Source of the DNA: Acidimicrobiia bacterium
GTDB lineage: Bacteria; Actinomycetota; Acidimicrobiia; Spongiisociales; Spongiisociaceae
Assembly (NCBI GenBank): GCA_003229305.1
Contig: QIDH01000049.1
Span: forward strand, 7,026 to 71,025
Direction: 5' to 3'
Length of the DNA: 64,000 nt
Part shown: positions 36,046 through 49,468 of the stretch, piece after piece
How the letters are laid out: every line of letters starts with the position of its first letter
How positions within the stretch are numbered: position 1 is the stretch's first letter
Made by a program: the position numbers and the translations under genes
The notes under the pieces: generated by a model
Told to the model about the DNA's origin: nothing
Seen by the model: the letters and a program-made list of their open reading frames with translations, nothing else
Database searches by the model: none

Positions 36046-36858
36046 TTGGTGTTAGGGGTGAGGTACGGACTCGACTTTCCTCCGTTCGGGAATCTGGCGG
36101 ACCCTCGAGTCATTGTGGAGATCGCCACCACTGCGGAAGAGACCGGGTGGGATGGAGTTTTCCTGTGGGACCATCTTGCGTACCGACCCCCGGTTTCGGA
36201 CATCGCGGATCCTTGGATCGGACTCGCCGCCATTGCCCAGGCGACCGAGCGAATCAAGGTGGGGCCAATGGTCACACCGATCGCCAGGCGACGTCCCCAC
36301 ATCCTGGCTCGTCAGACAGCGAGCCTGGACCAGCTCAGCGGAGGTAGGTTGATCTTCGGTGTCGGTCTCGGACTGGACGGATTCGGCAGGGAGTTGTCAG
36401 CCTTTGGCGACGAACTAGACGACCGGGTGCGAGCAGAGATGTTGGACGAGGGACTCGGCCTGATCGACGCTCTGTGGTCAGGCGATCGGGTCGTCCACAG
36501 GGGCCGCCACTATGCCGCAAACGATGTGCGTTTCTTGCCGAAGCCGGTCGCCAAGCCGAGACCGCCCATATGGGTAGCAGGCAGCTGGCCGTACCGGCGA
36601 CCTCTGAGGCGGGCGGCAGGTTGGGACGGATTGTTCTTGATCGGCCAACAGACTCCAGACCAGCTTGTGGAAGCAGCTTCCGTGATCAACGAGGCGAGGG
36701 GCGGCCTCGAAGATTTCGACATCGTGGTCAACACCCCGTACGGCAGCGATACGAAACCGTGGAGAGAGGCTGGAGCGACCTGGTGGCTAACAGAGACCAG
36801 GCACGACACGACACTCGACTCGGTGATGGCCGCGGCCAGGGGAGGTCCGCCTCGATAG
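36046..36858 (+). CDS. LLM-class (luciferase-like) flavin/F420-dependent oxidoreductase
   Basis: RYGLDFPPFG...ETGWDGVFLWDHL...ERIKVGPMVTPIARRRPHILARQTASLDQLSGGRLIFGVGLG is a typical LLM TIM barrel. Confidence 0.75.
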   Translation: MVLGVRYGLDFPPFGNLADPRVIVEIATTAEETGWDGVFLWDHLAYRPPVSDIADPWIGLAAIAQATERIKVGPMVTPIARRRPHILARQTASLDQLSGGRLIFGVGLGLDGFGRELSAFGDELDDRVRAEMLDEGLGLIDALWSGDRVVHRGRHYAANDVRFLPKPVAKPRPPIWVAGSWPYRRPLRRAAGWDGLFLIGQQTPDQLVEAASVINEARGGLEDFDIVVNTPYGSDTKPWREAGATWWLTETRHDTTLDSVMAAARGGPPR

Positions 36859-36870
36859 GCGGCAGCCAAA

Positions 36871-38001
36871 CTAGCTCGAAAGGGCTTGCTCGAGGTCGGC
36901 GATCAGCTCTTCGACTGGCTCGATGCCGATCGAGAGTCTCAGCAAGTCTTCAGGTACGATCGATTCCGGCGGTTCCACCGCCGCACGATGTTCGATCAGG
37001 CTCTCAACCCCACCAAGAGACGTAGCCGGAACGAATACCTTCGTCGAAGTGGCGACCTGGCGGGCCGAGTCATGGCCGCCTTTCACCCTCAACGACATCA
37101 TCCCACCGAACCCCCTATCCATCTGCGCTCTGGCGGTGGCGTGGCCATCATGGCTCTCCAGGCCTGGATAGAGGACTGCAATCAGCCGTGGATGGCCCTC
37201 GAAATGTCTCGCGATCGCCGATGCGCTTTCAGATGACCGCTCCACCCGAAGATGCAGCGTCCTCATTCCCCTGAGCAGCAACCATGCCTCGAACGGGCCC
37301 ATGATCGCCCCGGACGCAGAGCGAACGGCTGCGATCTCTTCCCATCTCTCGTCTTCGGAAGCCGTGACCAACAGGCCACCGCTGACGTCCGAATGGCCGT
37401 TGTAGTACTTCGTCACGGCATGGAAGACGAGGTCGGCTCCCAACTCGATCGGCCTGGTTGTGACGGGACTGGCAGTTGCATCAACACCGAGGAATGCACC
37501 CGCTTGATGAGCGAGCGAAGCCGCAGCCCTGATATCCGTGACGTCCCAAGTGGGATTGGCCGGCGTCTCCACCCACACCAGCTCGGTCTCCCCTGGCCTG
37601 ATGGTCGACCCGATCGCATTCGGATCGTGCTGGTCGAAGAGGGTGAGGTCGATGTCTCCCCTTTCATTCAGCCGTCGCAACCAACTTTGCGCCCCGTAGT
37701 ACATCACTTGGGGAGCAACGACGTGGCTGTGCCTGTTCAGCGATTCACACATCGCGCTGAATGCGGCCATGCCAGAAGCGAACAACCTCGCTCCTGCTCC
37801 ACGATCCAGGCGGGCCGCCAGCGCCTCAACAGGATCGAAGGTCGGCAGTCCATCACGAATGTAGGTGTGATCTCCGAGCGGTTCGTATTCGCCGTCCCTT
37901 GCGTAGGTCGTGCTCGTGTGGATTGGGGGGACTATCGCCCCGGTTTCGGGGTCGATGTAGTGACCTGCCTGTACGGCGTCTGTGTCAGGGCTGCGGTCCA
38001 T
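36871..38001 (-). CDS. PLP-dependent transsulfuration enzyme (cystathionine gamma-synthase/lyase family)
   Basis: PPIHTSTTYAR and the PLP-lysine motif HAVTKYYNGHSDV. Trimmed to ATG 38001 (MDRSPDTDAVQAGH), 5 nt after the upstream stop. Confidence 0.85.
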   Translation of the reverse strand: MDRSPDTDAVQAGHYIDPETGAIVPPIHTSTTYARDGEYEPLGDHTYIRDGLPTFDPVEALAARLDRGAGARLFASGMAAFSAMCESLNRHSHVVAPQVMYYGAQSWLRRLNERGDIDLTLFDQHDPNAIGSTIRPGETELVWVETPANPTWDVTDIRAAASLAHQAGAFLGVDATASPVTTRPIELGADLVFHAVTKYYNGHSDVSGGLLVTASEDERWEEIAAVRSASGAIMGPFEAWLLLRGMRTLHLRVERSSESASAIARHFEGHPRLIAVLYPGLESHDGHATARAQMDRGFGGMMSLRVKGGHDSARQVATSTKVFVPATSLGGVESLIEHRAAVEPPESIVPEDLLRLSIGIEPVEELIADLEQALSS

Positions 38002-38006
38002 CTCGC

Positions 38007-41415
<3,409 letters not shown>

Positions 41416-41557
41416 CCGCTGAGCGTACCCTGGACAATCGCGACAAGTTGGAACGGTGCACAGGGGCGGTCCGCCATCGGCCTTCCGCCATCTCATCCGA
41501 GTGGAAGCCCGGCAAGCACTCGACAGGCTTGGCCAATTCGGCTCGCCTCAACTCAGC

Positions 41558-41827
41558 TCATGTCCAGGGATCGGGCCCGAGTGTGCGTTCCGTGAGGTCC
41601 AGCTCGAAGCCGGTTGGCCGAGAGCGCTCCTCCGAACGACCGGCGTCCGCAGATGTCCGACCGTCACCGCCAGATGAAGACATCGTCTGCCGCATGGGCG
41701 CAGCCTCAGAGGTCAGCGAATCGGGCAGCGCTACGGTTCGGCGCCGTTTTCGAGCCCAGAACAACAAGAGCGCCACGCCTACGGCGACACCAACGAGAAT
41801 GACAGTGCCTGAAGTTGTAAGCGGCAT
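41558..41827 (-). CDS. Possible 89-aa single-TM protein filling the 474-nt gap
   Basis: ATG 41827 gives MPLTTSGTVILVGVAVGVALLLFWARKRRRTVALPD... Same strand as both neighbours. TM helix followed by a basic stop-transfer. Weak SD. Confidence 0.3.
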   Translation of the reverse strand: MPLTTSGTVILVGVAVGVALLLFWARKRRRTVALPDSLTSEAAPMRQTMSSSGGDGRTSADAGRSEERSRPTGFELDLTERTLGPDPWT

Positions 41828-41889
41828 AGCGCTACATCGGCCCATCGCCTCCAACCTTGAGAGCCGCCGCCCACCCCTGGCAAGAACGA

Positions 41890-42645
41890 CTACTCGCCGG
41901 CCGCGGCCACAAACTCTCTGGCGCGGTTTTCGTTGCGCCTTCTGATCATGACGAACGCAATAGCAAATATTCCGATGGCTGCGCCGATGCCTCCGATCAG
42001 AGCGAAGCTCTGCCCACTCCCGGCCACCTCTGAGGTCGCTGTGAGGGTCGCGCCCGAAGTGTCGAGGTCGAGCGTCCAAGAAACAGTGGACCCGTCGAGC
42101 CCATCACCGTTGTGTTCGACGACCTCGCCTGGCAGCGTGACGATCAGTTCGAGGTTGAGGATGGAGTCGAACAGGCCGGCAACGTCTATCCCTTCGAGTG
42201 CACCGCCGCCGAGCGCTCCGGCAAACGAACCAGAAACATCACCAATGGTCGCCGAAAACACGAAACGGTCGCCATCGCGGGCCAACTCAAGGTCGAGGAG
42301 GAAATCTGTGACGTTGACCTGCCCAGCGAAATCAGACCTGGCCAGATCGTCGATAGAAGTCTGAAGTTCTTCAAATGACCCGAACGGCATTGACGCCCTG
42401 ACCCCCTCGAAGTCGCCTTCGACGAACGATTCCGTGGTCCATCCAGCTGGAAGATCGCCGAGCTGGGCCGCCAGATCCAGCTCCTGACCCTGCTGGGCGA
42501 GCAGGTCACGGAGTTCTTCGTCCAACGAGGCCTCGAACCCGAACGTCCCCGTCTGATCCTCGTTGACCGTGAGAGAGGCATCGGCCCTCAACTCGCACGC
42601 CCCAACGACGAGGAAGAGCGCAAACAATGGGATGAATCTCTTCAC
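41890..42645 (-). CDS. LppM-like (DUF3153-type) lipoprotein with C-terminal TM anchor
   Basis: GTG 42645 (GGAGGA upstream) gives VKRFIPLFALFLVVGAC (lipobox). C-terminal FALIGGIGAAIGIFAIAFVMIRRR. Confidence 0.55.
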   Translation of the reverse strand: MKRFIPLFALFLVVGACELRADASLTVNEDQTGTFGFEASLDEELRDLLAQQGQELDLAAQLGDLPAGWTTESFVEGDFEGVRASMPFGSFEELQTSIDDLARSDFAGQVNVTDFLLDLELARDGDRFVFSATIGDVSGSFAGALGGGALEGIDVAGLFDSILNLELIVTLPGEVVEHNGDGLDGSTVSWTLDLDTSGATLTATSEVAGSGQSFALIGGIGAAIGIFAIAFVMIRRRNENRAREFVAAAGE

Positions 42646-42925
42646 GATGTCCCTTTCCTCCTGAAGCGGTCGCCGAGAAAGGCACACGCGCCTGGCTGAC
42701 ATTCACAGCTCTTTGCGTGAGACTCAATCGCCGCCGAATCCGACCATGTCACTGCGCTCGTACCTAATAGGCAACGTAGGCACCCGACCTCAGGTTCCAC
42801 ATGCGATGACAAGAACAGGTCGGTGCGGATTGGCGAACTCTTCGTGCTACCAGCCGAACCGGCGCGCATCCAGGCACGGTCGAGACGCTTCGTCGCCCTC
42901 ACGTGCAGCCTAACTCGGCTGAAGT

Positions 42926-44053
42926 CTACAAAGACTGCACCGTGACCATGTGGGCGATCCGGGTCGGTACGCCGTCCGGATCTTGCATTTCGAACGATCG
43001 TCCCCACGGCTGGTCGGCCAGGCCCTCCGAGATCTTGAGCCCTAGGGACTCGATCCTTGCGTGCCAGGCCTCGACATCATCGACGACGAAAACCAGCTCG
43101 ACACCGCTCGGTGAAGCTTGTTCGGTTGCGGTGGACTGCAGAAGTTCAAGAAGTTGTCCATCTGCGGCCTCCAGCAGCGTGCCGGCATTGTCCTCCTCAT
43201 CCCACGTAGACAGGACTCTGCAACCGAGTGCGTACTCGTAATACTCGGAGCTGGCCGAGAGATCGGAAACATGCAACACCGTTCGCATCTGACGAATTCG
43301 CCTCGGCGTTGCAACGTCAACGCCAGTCAACAAGGCCTGAGCCTGTTCGACGTCAAAACGGCCCTCGGTGACCTCCCTGCCGACCACGAGGCCTTGGAGC
43401 ACATTGCCACCGGAGTTGAGGGCCATCAACCGTCGAATGTCGTCCAGATGGCGAACCCCTCCAGAGGCGATAACCGGCTCAGGCGCATACCCGAGGGCGG
43501 CCTCCAATATGTCAAAGCTAGGTGGTTCGGTGAGTACGTCACGCCCTGCATGCGCGATGAAGAATCCGGCAACACCGGCAGATGACATCTCCACCATTAC
43601 CTCTTCGAGGAACCGACCGGAATGGGCCGTCCAACCCTTGACCACCAGCTCTTCCGTGGCCAGTACGTCGAGTGACACGAGCATGCGTCCGGGATATTCG
43701 CGGCACAGATCCCAAACCATATTCTGGCTCTCGATGGCCGCGGTCCCCATGACAATGTGCCAGGCACCGTTTTCTATGAGCCTGGCGGCCTCGATATGGG
43801 ACCGTACACCGCCGGCCACCACCACCGGTACCTCGAGATCGGAGAGCATTTCGTCGATCAATGGTCGGTTGTCGAAATTGCCGTAGGCCGCCGCGTCAAG
43901 GTCGACAACCAACAGGTAGTCGACCCCCTTTTCGGTCCATCCTCTGGCTCTGGCGAGCGGATCATCGTCGAGCACCATCGCGTTTTCAAGGTGCCCGCGC
44001 TCCAACCGAACCGACTGGCCACCAAGAATATTTACTCGCGCATAGAGATCCAC
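42926..44053 (-). CDS. HisA/PriA-like (beta/alpha)8 barrel fused to a C-terminal VOC (glyoxalase/bleomycin-resistance) domain
   Basis: LLVVDLDAA, VVVAGGVRS, LVSLDV, IASGGVRH and VVGRE match HisA blocks. The C-terminal 120 aa (LHVSDLSASSEYY...VELVFVVDDVEAWHARI...PWGRSFEMQDPDG) form a VOC fold. GTG start. Confidence 0.75.
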   Translation of the reverse strand: MDLYARVNILGGQSVRLERGHLENAMVLDDDPLARARGWTEKGVDYLLVVDLDAAAYGNFDNRPLIDEMLSDLEVPVVVAGGVRSHIEAARLIENGAWHIVMGTAAIESQNMVWDLCREYPGRMLVSLDVLATEELVVKGWTAHSGRFLEEVMVEMSSAGVAGFFIAHAGRDVLTEPPSFDILEAALGYAPEPVIASGGVRHLDDIRRLMALNSGGNVLQGLVVGREVTEGRFDVEQAQALLTGVDVATPRRIRQMRTVLHVSDLSASSEYYEYALGCRVLSTWDEEDNAGTLLEAADGQLLELLQSTATEQASPSGVELVFVVDDVEAWHARIESLGLKISEGLADQPWGRSFEMQDPDGVPTRIAHMVTVQSL

Positions 44054-44134
44054 GCCCCCAAATCTAGGGGACTCAGACGGTCAATGGAACATCGGGTCGC
44101 CAAAGTACAAGATTCTGGCCCATTCCATCCACCG

Positions 44135-44169
44135 ATTCCCGGGCGATGCGGCCCCACACGCCCGGGAAT
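44135..44169 (-). terminator. Hairpin 15 nt downstream of the protease stop codon (candidate intrinsic terminator)
   Basis: ATTCCCGGGCG (44135-44145) and CGCCCGGGAAT (44159-44169) form a perfect 11-bp stem with a 13-nt loop. No U-tract. Confidence 0.45.
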
Positions 44170-44183
44170 TCACACCGTCTGCC

Positions 44184-45773
44184 TCAGAAATTCTCGTCTA
44201 CGACAAAAGAACTCAGGATCCGATCGATTGCCTCGTAGTCGGCGTCGGTCAGCACTTGAACGAGAACCTCGACCACGAAATCGCCAGATGCTGGCGAAGA
44301 GGCTACAAAGAGCAATCCGGTAGTGGTTCCCCCGCAGTCGATGAAGAACTGCCAGCGTCCCGCGTAGAGAGCATCCTCGTAGTTGTCTCGATCTGACGAG
44401 GAATCGCAATCGGCCGACGCAGCAAAATCGTCCATCAGTGCTTCGATATCGGCCGCTCCCATAGTCCTGGTGGCATACACCTCGACACCAGGAACATCCC
44501 AGGTGTTGAAGAACCCTTCGACCGAGGTTGAAGCGGCGATGCTCGGACCATCGGGACGAGGTAGACCGTTGAGATCGGTCCAGGCGGCAGGAACGTCGAC
44601 CGTCACGGCGCCGGAGTCATCCGTAACTGTGACGTAGTCCACGTAGGTCGCCGCGGTTGGAACATCTTCATCGGCCTCGACTGGCAGCGAGAAGACAAGT
44701 TCGAGGGGCGAATCATTTATGCGTCCCTCGTAGTACTCCTCTGTAGAGCTTCGGAGAACCTCGACGGAGAGCACATCGCCCGGATTGTTGGAGCGCAGGA
44801 TGTCGCAATAGTCGGCCATTGTGCCGTCTGTGCCCAACACCAGGCCCTGAAGGGACGTAACCACGTCGCCAGGTTCGATGCCGACCGAATCAGCGGGAGA
44901 ACCGGGATCGACGTTCGAAACCCAGACTCCATAGACCCCGTCAGCGTCTGAAGCTACGGCCTGGCCGTTGATTCCGAGCGAAGTCACGTCGTTGCCGTTG
45001 GACAAATCTTCGATGATCGGCAGCGCCTCGTCTCTGGTGATCGCAAAGTATTGGCCAGTGCTGTCGATGCCCGCGTAGTTGATTCCCACAACTTCGCCGT
45101 CTGCCGTGACCAACGGTCCACCGGAATTGCCGGGGTTGATGGTCGCGTCGTGCTCAATTACCGAATCGACCGAGGCCCAATTGCTCTCTCCGTCTGCCGA
45201 GGCCTTGGAGATGATGCCCTTGGTCAAGGTGAACTCTGGATCGCCGAGGGGATAGCCTGCGGTGAATACGTCAGTGCCGACGCTCATGTCGCCCTCGAAC
45301 CAGTTGAGATACTTGTAGCCGCCGCCGTCGATATCTATCACTGCCAGGTCCGAACATTCGGACACGCCCAGAATTCGGGCGTTGCGAGGCTCGGATTCGC
45401 CGCCGACATATACCTCCAGGAAGGCCGCACCTGTCACGACGTGGTTGTTGGTAACGGCCAGACCGTCCTCGGAGATGATGAATCCTGAACCGCTGCCGGC
45501 CACATTGAACTGTGCACCGAATTCGGGATCGACGAAAGATCCCTCGGCAACGATCCTCACCACAGCCGTTCCAACCTCGTCAAGGCTGGTTACAGCCAGC
45601 GACGGTTGGGTCGTTGTGGTCACCCCGGTCGTTGCTGTCGTTGTCGCGGCTGTTGATGCTCTTGTCGTCGCCTGGCTGGTGGAGGCTTCACTACCACCAC
45701 CGCATGCCACAGCGATCAACGAAAACCCGAGCAGCACGACGACAGCACGGCGCGCGTTAATAGTACGAAACAA
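44184..45773 (-). CDS. Trypsin-like serine protease (S1C/HtrA-like) lipoprotein with PDZ domain and extra C-terminal domain
   Basis: Lipobox LIAVACGG. Catalytic-triad context VTNNHVV, DLAVIDI and NPGNSGGPLV. PDZ-like GVWVSNVDPGSPADSVGIEPGDVV. Confidence 0.88.
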   Translation of the reverse strand: MFRTINARRAVVVLLGFSLIAVACGGGSEASTSQATTRASTAATTTATTGVTTTTQPSLAVTSLDEVGTAVVRIVAEGSFVDPEFGAQFNVAGSGSGFIISEDGLAVTNNHVVTGAAFLEVYVGGESEPRNARILGVSECSDLAVIDIDGGGYKYLNWFEGDMSVGTDVFTAGYPLGDPEFTLTKGIISKASADGESNWASVDSVIEHDATINPGNSGGPLVTADGEVVGINYAGIDSTGQYFAITRDEALPIIEDLSNGNDVTSLGINGQAVASDADGVYGVWVSNVDPGSPADSVGIEPGDVVTSLQGLVLGTDGTMADYCDILRSNNPGDVLSVEVLRSSTEEYYEGRINDSPLELVFSLPVEADEDVPTAATYVDYVTVTDDSGAVTVDVPAAWTDLNGLPRPDGPSIAASTSVEGFFNTWDVPGVEVYATRTMGAADIEALMDDFAASADCDSSSDRDNYEDALYAGRWQFFIDCGGTTTGLLFVASSPASGDFVVEVLVQVLTDADYEAIDRILSSFVVDENF

Positions 45774-45913
45774 TTCTGGTCCCTCTCGTTCCTGATAGCG
45801 GGCCCGTAACCCGCATTATCAGAGTATGTCACGATTTGTTCACCCGAGCGGGAATGCAGCGTCACATTCTTGGCCATCTCCGTTGTGCTCAAAACGGCTA
45901 GCCGACAGGTGCC

Positions 45914-46867
45914 TTAACTGTTGGGTAGCCGGAAGATCGAGGGATTTCGTCCTTCGGAAACCGTGAAGAGGTCGTCCGTCTGGCCGAAAGCAATCGATTC
46001 TCCCTGGCGTTCAGATGGGGCTTCGAGTTCGCAGGGGGTTTGGGCAAAAACCTCGCCGAGATCCAGCGACGAGCGGCTCCACATCCAGATGTGGTCGTAG
46101 CCTCTCAAGACCAGCCTGTCGCCGCTTGGCGAAATGTCTGCGCCCGTCACACGACCGCTGAGATCGAGTGTGGCGATTTCGACGAGGGAAACGGTGCCTG
46201 TGTCTATCAGGTCGGAGGCGGCACCCCACAGGACGGTGGCGGGACGATCTTCGACCTTGGTGATCACGATGATCGCACCCGTAACCGGATCAACCGCCAA
46301 CGCCTCTGCATTCACAGGACCGCCAGGGTAGACGAGGTCTATGCGCTCGACGGGTCCGATCTCGGTTCCGGCCGGGTCAGGTTCTGGAAATCGATAGACG
46401 CTCACCACCGGTCGAAAGTTGAAGTTGTCACCGATGTCGGCGAAATACAGATAGTCGGCGTCGCCTGGCCCAGGCCCGATCGCGAGATCCTCGGCATCGA
46501 GAGTGAGCACGCCGAGGTTGAATGCAGCGACCGTCCTGCCTTCACCGTCAACCGCGTAAAGCACCGCTCCATCGCCAGAATCGTTGTGCATCCACGTGAT
46601 CGACTCGTAGCGCCTGGACCGCACAATGCCTGACACCTCCAGGAGCCGCCCATCTTCCACCGTTGCGGACACCACCGGTGACCCATATGCCTGGCACAGG
46701 TTCTCCGGCGGCGGCCGCAATGTCGCGGCTGTCTCGGCAAAGGGACCATCGCTATCGGCGGCAGAAGCAGTCGGGGCATTGACCTCAGACCGAGAATCAG
46801 AGACGGCCGGAGTACTGCCGCCACAGGCAGCGATAGCGATGATGGCGAGCAATAGGAGGTGACGCAT
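45914..46867 (-). CDS. Secreted lipoprotein, probable beta-propeller fold, unknown function
   Basis: ATG 46867 gives MRHLLLLAIIAIAACGG (lipobox). The remainder is beta-strand-rich with no family recognised. Confidence 0.55.
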   Translation of the reverse strand: MRHLLLLAIIAIAACGGSTPAVSDSRSEVNAPTASAADSDGPFAETAATLRPPPENLCQAYGSPVVSATVEDGRLLEVSGIVRSRRYESITWMHNDSGDGAVLYAVDGEGRTVAAFNLGVLTLDAEDLAIGPGPGDADYLYFADIGDNFNFRPVVSVYRFPEPDPAGTEIGPVERIDLVYPGGPVNAEALAVDPVTGAIIVITKVEDRPATVLWGAASDLIDTGTVSLVEIATLDLSGRVTGADISPSGDRLVLRGYDHIWMWSRSSLDLGEVFAQTPCELEAPSERQGESIAFGQTDDLFTVSEGRNPSIFRLPNS

Positions 46868-46908
46868 TCCCGGCGAGTGTTGCAGCCGCCAGAGCCAACG
46901 AGAACCAT

Positions 46909-47427
46909 TCAACGAGCGATGGCGGACACTTCTGCGGCCGTGATCCTTATGTAATCAGAAGGGCCCAGGAAGATCTGCACGCCGATCGCACCACCTGAGA
47001 CACCGATCTGATCGCATATCTCGGCGGTTTCGTCAACGAAAACACGATAGGCCCGCTTCGCCGCAAGTACCGTCACGCATCCCCTGACGTAGCCCGTGAG
47101 CTTCTCGATCTCCGCCTTTTCGACCATCACCATGCTTCGGTTGCCGCTCACCCTGGCAAGCGCCTTGAGGTCGAGCCCGCTGTCGCTTGGGATCACTGCA
47201 AACACAGGGCCTGACCGATCGCCGGTCACCAGCAGTGTCTTGAAGACGAGGCCGGCGTCCACCCCGAGTTCTTCGGCCACCCTGGCGGCCGAGAAATCTG
47301 ACATGTCCAACTCGTAGGTTGCCATCTCGTAGACAATGCCGCCCCCATCGAGGATGCGCGCCGCATTCGTCTTGGGGGCCTTCACGGCAGTCCGTTTGCT
47401 AACCGAAGGTGTCGCATTGGTTCGCAT
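46909..47427 (-). CDS. ybaK: Cys-tRNA(Pro)/Cys-tRNA(Cys) deacylase YbaK/EbsC family
   Basis: KTNAARILDGGGIVYEM..., VFKTLLV and LTGYVRGCVTVLA are YbaK-like. The start is ambiguous: ATG 47427 overlaps the upstream gene, and GTG 47385 is the alternative. Confidence 0.8.
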   Translation of the reverse strand: MRTNATPSVSKRTAVKAPKTNAARILDGGGIVYEMATYELDMSDFSAARVAEELGVDAGLVFKTLLVTGDRSGPVFAVIPSDSGLDLKALARVSGNRSMVMVEKAEIEKLTGYVRGCVTVLAAKRAYRVFVDETAEICDQIGVSGGAIGVQIFLGPSDYIRITAAEVSAIAR

Positions 47428-48244
47428 CTCCGGTCGTGTAACCAGCGCTGAACCAGTCGACCCTCTGCTCGGAGGATCCATGCGTCCACGTCTCCGGATC
47501 GATGCGACCGTTGACGGAAGATTGAATTCGGTCATCGCCTACGGCAGCCGCCGCGCTCAGGGCTTCCTCGATGTCTCCGGGTTCGAGGACGTCACCCCTC
47601 TGGAACATCGAATTTGCCCATACCCCCGCGAAACAATCTGCCTGAAGCTCGAGACTGACCGACAACTTGTTGCGTTCACCCGGGTCTTGTTGGCTGAGGT
47701 TTTGAACCTGGCCGGAGATTCCGAGTACGTTCAGCATGTGATGGGCGAACTCGTGGGAGATCACGTAGGCCTGAGCGAAATCGCCGCTTGCTCCAAAACG
47801 AGTTTGCAGCTCGTCGAAGAACCCGAGGTCGATATAGATCGTTTCGTCCAGCGAGCAGTAGTGAGGCCCGACCTGGGATGTGGCACCTCCGCAACCCGAT
47901 TGGGTGGAGCCGGAAAACAGCACGAGCTGGGCATCACGATATTGCAGGCCACCGCTGGCGAGGATTCCTTCCCATAGAGTCTCGTTGGTCCCCAGGACTG
48001 CCCCGACGAATTCGAAGGCGTCGTCGCCGGGCCCATCCGGGATCGTCTGGGCGATCGTCGATTGAGGCGCAGCCAGGCTTTCTAGGGCGGCACCGAGGCC
48101 GCCGCCTTCGCCCCCTCCGAAGAACAGGGCTATGAGGATCCCGATGATCCCCAGCCCACCGGCTCCGGTGGCTGCTCGTCCGCGTGACATGCCTCGCCGG
48201 TCCTGCACATTCGAGCTACTTTCCAGTCCCCGCCAACGCATCAA
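47399..48244 (-). CDS. Neutral zinc metallopeptidase, YpfJ family
   Basis: N-terminus MRWRGLESSSNVQDRRG and the HExxH motif in YVISHEFAHHMLN. Confidence 0.85.
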   Translation of the reverse strand: MMRWRGLESSSNVQDRRGMSRGRAATGAGGLGIIGILIALFFGGGEGGGLGAALESLAAPQSTIAQTIPDGPGDDAFEFVGAVLGTNETLWEGILASGGLQYRDAQLVLFSGSTQSGCGGATSQVGPHYCSLDETIYIDLGFFDELQTRFGASGDFAQAYVISHEFAHHMLNVLGISGQVQNLSQQDPGERNKLSVSLELQADCFAGVWANSMFQRGDVLEPGDIEEALSAAAAVGDDRIQSSVNGRIDPETWTHGSSEQRVDWFSAGYTTGDANQCDTFG

Positions 48245-48349
48245 GCCTCCCTCGCCGCCTCGGCAGAGCGAGCCTAAAGGGGCGATGGCATCGGCGGTTG
48301 CCTATCCAACCGGATTCTTCCAGATCTTCCAGTTCCGATTTTATGAGTT

Positions 48350-48781
48350 TCACCTCTTGCGTCTGTGCAGCTCCTCGTCGAGTGCTGCGGCATCGTAGGC
48401 CATCAAGGCGGGGTCCCACGGACGCCCCGAAACGATCGGGTCTTCGTCGAGCATCTCGACCACCTTGTCTCGCAGGGTACGGGCCCACGCTCGGCCCTTG
48501 GCAGAACTCTCCTCAGAAACGGTGCCGTCAGAGTTCGCCCTGAAGACTCCGGCGTGAGGGGTCGGGCTGGCCCGTGAGCCTCGCTCCCCGTAAACGAGCA
48601 ACACCGATCCGGCCGGCACATCCTGCACGCCTCCAGCCGCGATGAAGTCGCCCTCGAATGCCCAGCCGGTGTCGCGACTCACGTCCACAGAGTGCACGAC
48701 CTTTGCCCAGCTCTTGTGACGATCGTCGCCGAGCTGTGGCACATCAACGGCAATGATCACGTCATCGTCCATATGCGGCAC
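48350..48781 (-). CDS. Hypothetical protein
   Basis: 143-aa ORF with no recognisable motif. Its composition is compatible with coding sequence. Confidence 0.45.
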   Translation of the reverse strand: MPHMDDDVIIAVDVPQLGDDRHKSWAKVVHSVDVSRDTGWAFEGDFIAAGGVQDVPAGSVLLVYGERGSRASPTPHAGVFRANSDGTVSEESSAKGRAWARTLRDKVVEMLDEDPIVSGRPWDPALMAYDAAALDEELHRRKR

Positions 48782-48863
48782 TGTAGGCGAGCAGGGGCAT
48801 CACGACCAGCCATGCAAATCTGGCCCAGCTGAGCGTTTCGGTCTGCTGGCTAGGGTCTCGCCC

Positions 48864-49265
48864 ATGGACAATTTCGTACACTGGGTTCATCTGTTGGCCG
48901 CCGCGGTATGGACAGGAGGGCTCATTACTTTGGGGGCGCTCATACCGACGCTGCGCAAGGCAGGAGCAGACCGTCAGATGCTCCAGGCGGTCGCCAGACA
49001 GTTCGCCAGAGTGTCCTGGACGGCCATGGGGGTCGCGGTGGCGACCGGCGTCATCCAGGTCTTCCAACTCGATGTCGCCGCCGGTCTCAGAGACGAATTC
49101 GGCGGCCGCCTGTTCGTGAAGTTGCTGGCAGTTGGCCTGGCCGCCGGCTTGGCGCTGGCTCACCAATTGACCGCCAAGAACTCCACGCCCGCGGTCAGGG
49201 GTGCGATGCAAGGAGCGATCCTGCTGGCGAGTCTGGGGATCTTCGCAGCAGCCGTTGCCCTTTGA
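48864..49265 (+). CDS. CopD-like small membrane protein
   Basis: ATG 48864 gives MDNFVHWVHLLAAAVWTGGLITLGALIP. 4 TM helices. Resembles the copper-resistance D domain. Weak call. Confidence 0.45.
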   Translation: MDNFVHWVHLLAAAVWTGGLITLGALIPTLRKAGADRQMLQAVARQFARVSWTAMGVAVATGVIQVFQLDVAAGLRDEFGGRLFVKLLAVGLAAGLALAHQLTAKNSTPAVRGAMQGAILLASLGIFAAAVAL

Positions 49266-49336
49266 CACGAACCGTTCACTATGTCCGACGATCTCGGCGG
49301 GACGTGAGGAACCTTGCACTACCGTTCTCACTACAC

Positions 49337-49409
49337 GCCCGCGTAGCTCAGGGGATAGAGCGACCGCCTCCTAAGCGGTAGGTCGCAGGTTCGAATCCTG
49401 CCGCGGGCG
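49337..49409 (+). tRNA. tRNA-Arg (anticodon CCU)
   Basis: Manual cloverleaf: GCCCGCG/CGCGGGC acceptor, GCTC-AGGGGATA-GAGC D-arm, ACCGC-CTCCTAA-GCGGT anticodon arm, GCAGG-TTCGAAT-CCTGC T-arm. CCA is not encoded. Confidence 0.93.
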
Positions 49410-49468
49410 CGCAATATCGCAGCCGCCACAACAGCCTTTGTCTGGGCCCATCTGACCTGGAGTGTCAT

